Shown here piece by piece: positions 55,853 through 64,000 of a stretch of DNA of 64,000 nt (position 1 is its first letter; each line of letters opens with the position of its first letter). The position numbers and the translations under genes are program-made. The notes beneath the pieces are model-generated. The model worked only from the letters and a program-made list of their open reading frames with translations. It did not search any database and had not been told where the DNA came from. This stretch comes from an uncultured Candidatus Saccharibacteria bacterium (GTDB lineage Bacteria > Patescibacteriota > Minisyncoccia > Phycocordibacterales > UBA9973): contig CAZYIA010000004.1 in assembly GCA_964646765.1 (NCBI GenBank), forward strand, positions 77,887 through 141,886, written 5' to 3'.

Positions 55853-56769
55853 GACGCCTCCTCAGCACACATTTCCAGTAACTGCTCCAGTCCCGATTCC
55901 ACCGCGTTGCGCCCGGCAGCCTTGGCACGATATAGCGCACAGTCGGCGGCCTCGATGGATGCTTCCACAGGCCTCCCCCACTCCAGTGCGGCGACACCAA
56001 AAGAAGCCGTGATACGAAACGTCTCGCCATCTGGAGGCACGATGTCCAGCCCCGCAAGGCCCGCGCGCAAGCGCTCGACGATCGCGACCGCATCCGGCAA
56101 TGGCGTGTCGGGCAACAAAATCAGAAACTCCTCGCCACCGTGCCGGTACAACGAGTCGTACTTGCGAAGGCGCGACATCGTGAATTTCGCCGACTGGCGC
56201 AACGCCGCGTCTCCGGCGGCGTGGCCGCGCTGGTCATTGATTTGCTTGAAGTGATCGAAGTCCATCAGCGCGATCGAACAGCCTGACCCGACACGCGCAG
56301 CACGCTCCATCTCGCTGGCGAGTTTGTCCAGCATTCCGCGACGCCCGAATGCGCCGGTAAGAGGGTCGGTGGCCAGAAACTCGGCGATGATTTCAAGCTG
56401 AAGGCTGCGTAGCTGGGTGTTCAGATGGACGCTGAGCGACATGCAATGGTCGTAGTCCTCTTCGGTTATCCGTCCAAACTGGCTTTGGTCCAGACAAAGG
56501 CGCGTCGCGGTTTCCTGTATTTCCCGTTGAATTTGCACGATTGCAGTCACTTCCGGATGCTCGCGAAGCTCATCGATGCCCATGGGGTTCTGCCATTTTC
56601 CGAACAGCGGATGAAGATGCGCGTCTGGTCTGTCGTGGGCGGCCAGCGTGCCGTCCCCGAAAAGCAACGCATGATTGAAACGCTTCAACCATAACTGGTG
56701 AGCCGCAAGAACGATCTCCATCTCCTCAAGGAGGGGGAAGACCAGCTCACGATCAAGGGGTGGTCTCAT
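55849..56769 (-). CDS. GGDEF diguanylate cyclase with N-terminal sensor domain
   Basis: RHGGEEF motif, I-site RxxD. Confidence 0.85.
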   Translation of the reverse strand: MRPPLDRELVFPLLEEMEIVLAAHQLWLKRFNHALLFGDGTLAAHDRPDAHLHPLFGKWQNPMGIDELREHPEVTAIVQIQREIQETATRLCLDQSQFGRITEEDYDHCMSLSVHLNTQLRSLQLEIIAEFLATDPLTGAFGRRGMLDKLASEMERAARVGSGCSIALMDFDHFKQINDQRGHAAGDAALRQSAKFTMSRLRKYDSLYRHGGEEFLILLPDTPLPDAVAIVERLRAGLAGLDIVPPDGETFRITASFGVAALEWGRPVEASIEAADCALYRAKAAGRNAVESGLEQLLEMCAEEAS

Positions 56770-56774
56770 TTCGA

Positions 56775-57197
56775 TCAGGTCGTCGAATGCGCGTCGGCGT
56801 GCGGCAGATCTTCAAGCGCCCGCGCTTTTTTCAGCACGTCGTCAAGGTCATAGCCGATCGCCTTCATGCCGAGCTTGTAGCGAGCCGTGGCGGCGGCACG
56901 GATGAGCGATTCGGCAATCATCCGATGGCCGGTTTCCGGGTCTGGCGGATCCATGAAGTCACCAAACAGATCCTCGCGGACAAAAATCTGGCTGATCGTG
57001 CCAAGGCGCGCGAGGTATCCCTGCCGGTTCACGATTTTCCTGTCGGACAGAGCCCGGTTCACCGCTTGCATTCCGTGGGTCAGTGGTGTGTTTGCGAGTT
57101 TCTTGCTGCCCTCGTCAACCTTGAAAATATCGTTGACGGTCATGGGCCCGGAGGTATGCGCAAGCGCCCCGCTTGCCTCCGCGAACACTCCGAGCAT
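56775..57197 (-). CDS. hypothetical protein
   Basis: Part of the long 56775..57830 ORF that runs into the GC-rich repeat. Start chosen at MLGVFAE before the repeat. Confidence 0.4.
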   Translation of the reverse strand: MLGVFAEASGALAHTSGPMTVNDIFKVDEGSKKLANTPLTHGMQAVNRALSDRKIVNRQGYLARLGTISQIFVREDLFGDFMDPPDPETGHRMIAESLIRAAATARYKLGMKAIGYDLDDVLKKARALEDLPHADAHSTT

Positions 57198-57351
57198 CTC
57201 GATGAAGACGTCGGGTTCGACGGGATCGGAAAGTCCGATCAGCCATTTCTTTGCGTCTCTCTTTTTCACAATCGCCTCCAGATGGTGCGGCGAAAACCAT
57301 AACCGGAGTCCCGCTATAACTTCAACAGGAACCGCGCTGCCGCCTTCCTGT

Positions 57352-57603
57352 TTTTGAAGACCCCTTTGGGCCTTTGCCTCCAACGCGCGCAGCCCGGCCG
57401 CCAGCCCGACAGGGTGGCGGGCACCCCGGTGCAGCCGGGGCCGGGCGCCTCCGGCGGGCATGTGCCCGGAGGCCGCAGGCCGGAGCCTGGCGCCGCAGGC
57501 GCCGGGGCGAGCGGTAGGCGACCCCGAGTCCCCGAGGGGGAGGCGGCGAAGCCGCCTAGCCGTATCCCGCGAGCGGTATGCCCGTCCGGGCAGGATGGTG
57601 GCT
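57352..57603 (+). repeat. GC-rich multi-hairpin repeat, copy 3
   Basis: Near-identical to copy 1. Shares a 5' extension with copy 2. Confidence 0.85.
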
Positions 57604-57614
57604 CGGGGCCACCA

Positions 57615-57662
57615 AGAAAAAACCACCGACTGCGAGGCAGTACGGTGGTTGGGGGGGGGTAC
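57615..57662 (-). terminator. rho-independent terminator (AAAAAACCACCGACTGCGAGGCAGTACGGTGGTTGGGGGGG)
   Basis: Same family as 45570 and 46188. Confidence 0.55.
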
Positions 57663-57666
57663 AGTT

Positions 57667-58341
57667 TCAATCCACGCCCGTAACCGGGCGAAACAACCTG
57701 GAAGAGATGCGCCTCTCCCAGACACGATTATCCCCCGAAGGGTCTGGACGCAACTCCGACGGATGGGCTTCCACGAGAGAGCCGTTCTCGTCCATGAGCA
57801 CAACGATGCTGTCATTCGATTCGATTGCACCAGAATCGCTCGCGATCAAGGAGATGCGGTATGTGCCCGATGAAAACGGCCACGGCATGCCCGCTTCACG
57901 TGCCAACTCTGTCATGGCATCGAGGCTAAGGCTGTTCCAGAATTCGAGGCTCATGTCGTGATACTCCAGGATGGTGTTGCGAGCGGCTTCCTCTTCCGGA
58001 TCAACCCAGTACACCGAGGAACCGACGCAAAGCGACGCATACCAGTCGTCATGCTTGATGAGCCGGTTCTGGGTAGCGTCGGCAAGCTTGTCGAAGCCGG
58101 CGTCGGCGAGCGTAATGGGCAACCCGGCGCGATATGCCTCCAGAAGCAGGGCGGTATCACTCATGGCTTCGAGGCTGGCGAGGCCATGGCGTGCGACTGC
58201 CTTGCGAAAGGCGGCGGTTGACAGCCTGCTTTCGCGATTGCTGGCCAGATCCTCGGCCAAGATCGCGCGCTGTGCCGGCGACAAGGCCTGATTGAGGTTA
58301 TCCACGAGCCATCTCCTTTCCGAGTTGTGCGGCCACTGCAA
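57667..58341 (-). CDS. hypothetical acidic protein
   Basis: 224 aa. Confidence 0.5.
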   Translation of the reverse strand: MQWPHNSERRWLVDNLNQALSPAQRAILAEDLASNRESRLSTAAFRKAVARHGLASLEAMSDTALLLEAYRAGLPITLADAGFDKLADATQNRLIKHDDWYASLCVGSSVYWVDPEEEAARNTILEYHDMSLEFWNSLSLDAMTELAREAGMPWPFSSGTYRISLIASDSGAIESNDSIVVLMDENGSLVEAHPSELRPDPSGDNRVWERRISSRLFRPVTGVD

Positions 58342-58660
58342 CCTGGCCTTGCGGTGTCAGCTTGTGAACCGGCACCCTCACGAACCCGCTGTCGATGTGA
58401 CCGAACGGGATGGCTTCGATCAGCCCGGCCTCTGTGAGCGTGTTCACCATGCCGGTGTTCTCGGAGTAATTCTTTACCGCGACGCAGCCGTCGGGCAAAG
58501 GCTCGATATTGGTCGTCGCCGTGCACACAGGTTCGCCATGAAGGATCCGGGAATCACTGCCGTCGGGGTTGCATCCCACCAACTGAACCGCGATGTTTCC
58601 CGTGTTGTGATAGCGGGCGAAGCGAAGTTCGCACGGATAATTGAGGAATTGACATTTCAT
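58298..58660 (-). CDS. hypothetical protein
   Basis: Start MKCQFLNYP. Confidence 0.45.
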   Translation of the reverse strand: MKCQFLNYPCELRFARYHNTGNIAVQLVGCNPDGSDSRILHGEPVCTATTNIEPLPDGCVAVKNYSENTGMVNTLTEAGLIEAIPFGHIDSGFVRVPVHKLTPQGQVAVAAQLGKEMARG

Positions 58661-58798
58661 GATGTTTGCTCCCACGCACGACCAAAAGCCACAATGGCTT
58701 TTTTCAGTCGTTGCGATGGATGAAAGTGGTTGCGCGGTACGCGCTTCAGCAAAAAAATCCCCGCCAGAGCGAATCTGTGCGGGGATTGGGGACTGGGC

Positions 58799-60658
58799 TC
58801 AACCGTGCATGATCTGCGCGTCACGGGCCCACTGTTGGTACTCCTGGCTGCCGTGTTGCTGCAGCCAGACCTGGTGCTCGTGCATCGCCTTGACCGAGGC
58901 AAACCCCAGGGCTGCGGCTTGCTCTATTTCAGGGTCAGCTCCGGCTGGCTCTGCCTCCTGCCTGATGGCCACCAGGTCGAGTGCGGCAAGTTCTGCCTTT
59001 CTCAACTTCATACCTGCTTTCCGCCGTGCGGCAATATAGGCCTTCACGGCATTGAAGCCAATGCGATGAAGCGTGAACGACACCAAGTCGTGAAAGCGCT
59101 CGTAGAACTCGGCCGGATGGCCATGTCCGGTGCTGTCATTTTCTTCGTGCAGGTACTCGTGAGCGAGCAGATGCTTCACCGCTTCGAAGTGGCTGAAAAC
59201 CGCCCCTTCGTAGCCCGGAACCTTGAGATACTTCCGCTCGACATAGATCACAGCCTTGCCATCGGTGAACCCGTCGACGGTGTCAGATCTGCAAGCACGG
59301 ACCTTGCGGATGGCCGGGTAGCCGAATCCACCGGACAAGGCGATCCGTTCGCTCATGTGGTTGATCACGGAAAGCGTGACTCGCTCGTCTTTCGAGAGCT
59401 GCTTCTCCTCGATGATGTCATGCTGCTCGTTGATCGATTCGGCGACCGATTCCAGGGGTGATATCCGCTCCGCAATTTCCCTCAGTCGCTTTCTGATGGC
59501 CCAGTCTTCGGCAATCCCGAACATTCCGAGATTCGCGTCGATACGCTCGATCACTTCATCGAGCGACTTGAAGCGCGCCCGGTTTGCGAACTTGGGAGAG
59601 AGGACGATGGCCAGGTCCTTTTGGTGTACGCGATCAGCCTGGAGGCTGTGAGATTGCGCCAACACCAGAGGCCGATGCCCGCCCAGACGGGTGGCCAGCG
59701 CGTCGAAGCTGAAATGCCGGTTGGAGTAATCTGTTACTACCTTGGCATCCCTGACGGCAGTAACCATCTCGTCGGCAGAATCGAAGGCGCCGGCAATCAG
59801 GCGATCCAGCATCATGACCCGGTAGGCTTCGTTCTGCACGGGAGCCTTTCCGTGTGTTTTCGCCGAGTGGGCTTTCAACTTGGCGGAGATGCGCTTCCAG
59901 ACTTCGCAGCTCGACACGAGGATGTCGTTCCGGGCGAAGTTGACCTGCAACGGCTTTTTGCTCACGACCAGGCCACCAACCCCCATGGCCTGCGCACCGT
60001 AGTAGCTGCGGACCAGTACGCCGAGGTTGTAGGCCTCCAGCGAGTTGGATTGCGGCCTCAGCAGGTAATAGGCGTCATCGTCCTCGAAGGTCCATTTCAC
60101 CGAGTCCATCGCAAGGGAAACGCGCTTGCCGTTGATGAATGCGGGAATGGGCAGGTACTTGCACATGTCCGTCAGCCCATCGATCGTGCGAAGCGTGTCG
60201 GACGGGCTCATCGGGTCGTACAGCTCACCCTCGATCCGGCAGCCGGCCACTGTTTCCGGCAGCGTCTGCAGGTCGTACTCCAGGCCTTTTTCGCGGATGT
60301 CGACGTGCATGGAGAACGCGCCTGAGCGCCAGCGATTGCGCGTGAACCCCATCACCTGCCCGCGGCCCATCCGAAACCGGCCAAACACCGCGTCGCCCTG
60401 GCTGTGAGGTGTGCCGAAAGTTTCGAAAAACGCCTCGATCTCCTGCCGGTCCCGAAAGCCCTTGCCATCGTCCTGCATGACAAAGGTTTTGCCGTCGAAG
60501 TCGAAGCGGGCTTCGGTTGCACCTGCGTCAACCGCATTCATCATCAGTTCGAGGATGGCTTTGTCAAACGTGCCCGCCTGCGATTTGATAATTGAGAACA
60601 GCATGTCCGGGTGCATTCGGAATGCGCGGGTTTCCTGGGTATGGTTTGTTTCCTTCAC
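58799..60658 (-). CDS. GHKL-superfamily ATPase (Bergerat fold) with C-terminal HExxH motif
   Basis: N-box ELMMNAVDAG, G1 box MQDDGKGF. C-terminal HEYLHEEND. Alternative start at 60616. Confidence 0.7.
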   Translation of the reverse strand: MKETNHTQETRAFRMHPDMLFSIIKSQAGTFDKAILELMMNAVDAGATEARFDFDGKTFVMQDDGKGFRDRQEIEAFFETFGTPHSQGDAVFGRFRMGRGQVMGFTRNRWRSGAFSMHVDIREKGLEYDLQTLPETVAGCRIEGELYDPMSPSDTLRTIDGLTDMCKYLPIPAFINGKRVSLAMDSVKWTFEDDDAYYLLRPQSNSLEAYNLGVLVRSYYGAQAMGVGGLVVSKKPLQVNFARNDILVSSCEVWKRISAKLKAHSAKTHGKAPVQNEAYRVMMLDRLIAGAFDSADEMVTAVRDAKVVTDYSNRHFSFDALATRLGGHRPLVLAQSHSLQADRVHQKDLAIVLSPKFANRARFKSLDEVIERIDANLGMFGIAEDWAIRKRLREIAERISPLESVAESINEQHDIIEEKQLSKDERVTLSVINHMSERIALSGGFGYPAIRKVRACRSDTVDGFTDGKAVIYVERKYLKVPGYEGAVFSHFEAVKHLLAHEYLHEENDSTGHGHPAEFYERFHDLVSFTLHRIGFNAVKAYIAARRKAGMKLRKAELAALDLVAIRQEAEPAGADPEIEQAAALGFASVKAMHEHQVWLQQHGSQEYQQWARDAQIMHG

Positions 60659-60757
60659 GGTTTGCTCCTTTTCTGGAACAAGGCCGACTCGACCGTCGAG
60701 TCGCTTGCTGAACCTTGCAACAGGGGAGCGATTGCGCATTCGAGGATACCGGGCGCA

Positions 60758-60800
60758 AATAAAACCCACCAGCCGAAGCTTGGTGGGTTGGGGGGTAATT
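60758..60800 (-). terminator. rho-independent terminator (AAAACCCACCAGCCGAAGCTTGGTGGGTTGGGGGG)
   Basis: Hairpin. Same CCCCCAACC flank family. Confidence 0.55.
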
Positions 60801-60869
60801 AGTCGCCCCTGATTTATTTATAAGACATTGATTTAATTGTATAATCTACTATTTTTTGATAAAATATCT

Positions 60870-62440
60870 CCCACTTTGATTGTCTGCACACGTCAGTTTC
60901 CGGGAGTTTTCGATGTTCGCCTGCCCCGCCACTGAAGACTTCTTTCGCTCGCGCATTGACCAGATGATCGACCTGCGCCACCCATTGGCGGTGCTGGCCT
61001 CGCGCATGCCCTGGCAGCAGATCGAAGCGAGCGTGGCGCACTTGTTCATGCGCAAGGCCCGCGCTGACGTGGCCATGCCCGATCTGGACCTCTTTGGCGA
61101 GAAAGCGGTGCGTGCTGGCTCACGCAGCAATGCAGGACGCCCGCGTGTGCCGCTTCGCATCATGATCGCGCTGCTGTACCTCAAGCACGCCTTCAACGAG
61201 TCCGACGAAGGCGTCGTTGCGCGCTGGGCCGAAACACCAACATGGCAGTTGTTCTCAGGACAGGCGTACTTTGAACACCGCCAACCCTGCGACGCCACCA
61301 CCTTGGTGAAGTTTCGCCAGCTGCTTGGCGAAGAAGGCGTCGAAGAGCTGCTGGCGCAGACCATCAACGTCGCGGTTGAACAAGGACTGATCAAACCTCA
61401 GGAACTCTCGCGCGTGATCGTCGATTCCACAGTGCAGCACAAGGCGATTGCCCACCCCACGGACAGCCGGCTGCTGGAGACGGCCCGGGTGAAGTTGGTG
61501 CAGGCGGCCAAGGAGGCGGGCATCGGGCTCAAGCAGACCTTCGCCAAGGAAGGCAAGCTGCTGGGCTACAAGGCCTCCCGCTACGCCCATGCGCGTCAGT
61601 TCAAGCGCATGCGCCGCACCATCAAACGGCAGAGAACCATCGTGGCCCGCTTGGGCCGGGAGATCGAGCGCAAGGCCAGCGCCATTGGGATGGCAGTGCG
61701 AGAAGCACTGGGCCATACACTGAACAAGGCCGCTCGCATCGCAGGCCAGAGCGGCCAGCGCAAAGCGATCGAGGGGCAACCCAAGCTCTACGCCTGGCAT
61801 GCGCCAGAGGTGAGCTGCATCAGCAAAGGCAAGGCCAAGACACCCTACGAGTTCGGGGTGAAGGTGGGCATCGCCAGCACGCTCAGGGGCAACCTGATCG
61901 TGGGAGCACGAGCGTTTCACGGCAATCCGTACGACGGACACACACTCAATGAACAACTGGAGCAGGCCGGCATCCTGATGCAGGACAGCGGGCACAAGCC
62001 GACAACTGCCTTCGTCGATCTGGGCTATCGCGGTGTGGATGCGGACAACCCGGGTGTGAGGATCGTGCACCGGGGCAAGGCCAGACGCATCAGCGAGCAG
62101 GAGAAAAGACTGCTCAAGCGTCGTCAGGCCATTGAGCCCATCATCGGACACCTCAAGAGCGACCACCGCATGGGGCGCTGTCATCTCAAGGGGGAAGTGG
62201 GCGACAGCATCAACGCGGTGCTCGCTGCTGCGGGCTACAACATCCGCTGGCTGCTGCGCCAGATCGTCAAGAAGGGGCTGGCCTTTCTTGAATGGGCTTT
62301 TTTGCGCCTGCTTCAGGCGCTGAACACGCAGCTCAATTGGCTGCAGAGGTTGTGCTCATGGAGCACGCTATCGCGTAGGGTGCACTCTCGCGCAGCTTGA
62401 GCTTGAAATGAAGGGTATCCGGATTTCCTGATTGATACAG
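60870..62440 (+). mobile_element. IS5/IS1182-family insertion sequence (ends not resolved)
   Basis: GC-rich transposase ORF embedded between AT-rich flanks. I could not identify terminal inverted repeats by eye. Confidence 0.5.
60913..62400 (+). CDS. IS5/IS1182-family DDE transposase
   Basis: 496 aa. N-terminus MFACPATEDFFRSRIDQMIDLRHPL and a DDE region typical of IS4/IS5-superfamily transposases. Confidence 0.8.
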   Translation: MFACPATEDFFRSRIDQMIDLRHPLAVLASRMPWQQIEASVAHLFMRKARADVAMPDLDLFGEKAVRAGSRSNAGRPRVPLRIMIALLYLKHAFNESDEGVVARWAETPTWQLFSGQAYFEHRQPCDATTLVKFRQLLGEEGVEELLAQTINVAVEQGLIKPQELSRVIVDSTVQHKAIAHPTDSRLLETARVKLVQAAKEAGIGLKQTFAKEGKLLGYKASRYAHARQFKRMRRTIKRQRTIVARLGREIERKASAIGMAVREALGHTLNKAARIAGQSGQRKAIEGQPKLYAWHAPEVSCISKGKAKTPYEFGVKVGIASTLRGNLIVGARAFHGNPYDGHTLNEQLEQAGILMQDSGHKPTTAFVDLGYRGVDADNPGVRIVHRGKARRISEQEKRLLKRRQAIEPIIGHLKSDHRMGRCHLKGEVGDSINAVLAAAGYNIRWLLRQIVKKGLAFLEWAFLRLLQALNTQLNWLQRLCSWSTLSRRVHSRAA

Positions 62441-62590
62441 GCAATCCATAACCATGTAACATTGCATGCGAATTCCGGCGAGCCAGATTGATTGAGTAGG
62501 TAACAACTTATTCGAAACCGGCATATTTGATTGACGACGCACCTCTTTTTGTGTAGGCTGGTTGCTATACAAATTTCATAGAGGTGCCAT

Positions 62591-64000
62591 ATGGCCAAAA
62601 AAGAAGCGGTAACGGATTTGTGGGTTCATGGGTTGCTGCAAGAAGCAAATATCCATCTTGACCCCCAGGGCAGTACGATCCTTGAGATTGACCAAGCACT
62701 CAAAACGGCGTCAAAAAGCGGGTCCGGGAAGGTTGGCTTTCCTGAATACGTTGGTGTCGTGAAAGACTTTCTTTTGGTCATCGAAAACAAGGCCGACATC
62801 TCCCGCCACGTAAAAGTGGATGAGAACGGGGTGGTGAGCCTTGATCCCGTCGATGTCAAAAATTACGCCATCAATGGCGCCGTGTTTTACGGAAAACACC
62901 TGGCCAAAAACACGTCCTACAAAAAGGTTATTGTTTTTGGCATTTCGGGTGATTCAAAGAAACACCGAATCAGCCCGGTATACATCGACGAAACCGAGTA
63001 TTACCGGGAACTCCCCGATGTCGAGTCCTTTATATCGTTTTCAGCGGAGAACATCGACGAATACTATGTTCGAGAAGTTCTCAAAGAAGAAACCGATACC
63101 GAAAAGGAGTTGGCTGAGATTTTGAGGGATGCCGCAGCGCTTCATGAAGACTTGAGAAATTATGGCAACCTGAAAGACATCGATAAACCCCTTATCGTTT
63201 CCGGGATCTTGCTTGCATTACGTGAAGCGGAGTCCAAAAACTTCTCCATTGACGATCTGACGGGCGATGTCGTTGTAACGGATGGGCAAAAGATTTTCAA
63301 TGCCATTCAAGCGAATCTGACGCGATCCCGAGTCGCTCCGGAAGTCAAAAAAGACAAAATATTGAGTCAGTTCTCGTTGTTCAAGAATTCGGTTCGACTC
63401 AATGAGGTTCATGCAACGCTTGCGAAAACGCCGTTGAGGCATTTCACAGAGTTTTTGAATTCCAAAATTTACAGAAGCATCAAGTACACAAAATCCTCCG
63501 AAGATTACCTTGGGCGCTTCTACGGGGAGTTCATGTCGTATTCTGGCGGTGATGGTCAGACGCTGGGTATTGTTCTCACCCCAAAGCACATTACCGATTT
63601 GTTTTGTGACCTGGTGGCAATCAAGCCAGATGACGTGGTTCTGGACCCCTGTACGGGCACCGCAGGCTTTCTGGTTGCGGCAATGCATCACATGCTTTCG
63701 CAAACGGATAACGAAAACGAAAAGAAAACAATCCGCCAGGAACGGCTGCACGGCATTGAAGACCAGGAGTACATGTTCACCATTGCCACCACCAACATGA
63801 TTTTACGGGGTGACGGAAAAAGCAATCTAATCAATGGTGATTTTCTGAAAGAAAACCCAAGCAAACTTCAATTGAAGCAAGCTACGGTTGGCATGATGAA
63901 TCCGCCGTATTCACAGGGCTCCAAAGCCAACCCGTCTTTGTATGAAATTTCGTTCACCGAACATTTGCTTGATTCTCTGGCCGAAGGCGGCAGAGTGATT
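62591..64000 (+). CDS. hsdM: type I restriction-modification DNA methyltransferase subunit M (partial, continues beyond window)
   Basis: HsdM N-terminal domain. SAM motif VLDPCTGTAGFL. NPPY motif MMNPPYSQ. About 43% GC against 65% background. Confidence 0.85.
   Translation, partial: MAKKEAVTDLWVHGLLQEANIHLDPQGSTILEIDQALKTASKSGSGKVGFPEYVGVVKDFLLVIENKADISRHVKVDENGVVSLDPVDVKNYAINGAVFYGKHLAKNTSYKKVIVFGISGDSKKHRISPVYIDETEYYRELPDVESFISFSAENIDEYYVREVLKEETDTEKELAEILRDAAALHEDLRNYGNLKDIDKPLIVSGILLALREAESKNFSIDDLTGDVVVTDGQKIFNAIQANLTRSRVAPEVKKDKILSQFSLFKNSVRLNEVHATLAKTPLRHFTEFLNSKIYRSIKYTKSSEDYLGRFYGEFMSYSGGDGQTLGIVLTPKHITDLFCDLVAIKPDDVVLDPCTGTAGFLVAAMHHMLSQTDNENEKKTIRQERLHGIEDQEYMFTIATTNMILRGDGKSNLINGDFLKENPSKLQLKQATVGMMNPPYSQGSKANPSLYEISFTEHLLDSLAEGGRVI

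Noticed and set aside
60880-60912. N-terminal extension MSAHVSFREFS of the transposase ORF
   Set aside because: Probably read-through from the AT-rich IS end. Homologous IS5/IS1182 transposases start at the MFACP-like Met.
63218-63751. Minus-strand ORF inside hsdM
   Set aside because: Antisense to a strongly supported methyltransferase gene with NPPY and SAM motifs.

Overview
This 64-kb window has about 65% GC and appears to be backbone plus accessory DNA of a large conjugative plasmid or integrative conjugative element (ICE) from a high-GC proteobacterium. I cannot tell plasmid from ICE from sequence alone. No type IV secretion or relaxase genes fall inside the window. Start coordinates were derived from the supplied ORF track by codon arithmetic. 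Features I read directly off the sequence may be off by 1-3 nt. Contents: (1) A cluster of single-gene plus-strand transcription units (992-7972), each followed by a related hairpin terminator. It includes an AAA+ MoxR/CobS-like ATPase, and the region ends with a convergent minus-strand vWA protein carrying a long poly-acidic spacer (CobT-like). (2) A ~15-kb tightly translationally coupled minus-strand gene array (10446-25743). It contains a DUF4326-like/DprA(SLOG)-like fusion, a small membrane protein, a Macro domain protein, a paralogous pair, a MucR-like zinc-finger regulator, three phosphohydrolases (two HD-domain proteins and a PPP/ApaH-like metallophosphatase), and a complete PRTRC cassette (ParB-like, E, Ubl C, F, D, JAB A, ThiF B). 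(3) topB, a parA/RHH partition pair with flanking TTGAGTAA-type repeats, a ParM-like actin ATPase, an S49/SppA-like peptidase and two RHH proteins. (4) An iteron array plus Rep initiator (37.9-39.4 kb) and a second RepA-like wHTH gene next to an AT-rich repeat region (2.3-3.8 kb). (5) An Xre-RES toxin-antitoxin pair, an SNase-like secreted nuclease, and a tandem family of three paralogous unknown proteins. (6) A tyrosine recombinase, a second SpoT-like HD protein, ssb, a KfrA-like protein, a RecG-like helicase, an ERCC4/HhH2-like nuclease, a GGDEF cyclase and a GHKL-ATPase/HExxH protein. (7) A low-GC island carrying an IS5/IS1182-family insertion and the 5' part of a type I R-M hsdM. Non-coding features: a ~230-bp GC-rich multi-hairpin repeat in 3 copies (two inverted copies bracket topB-parA), a recurrent intergenic motif AACTTATAGCG (6 sites), and about 11 copies of a conserved terminator-hairpin family.
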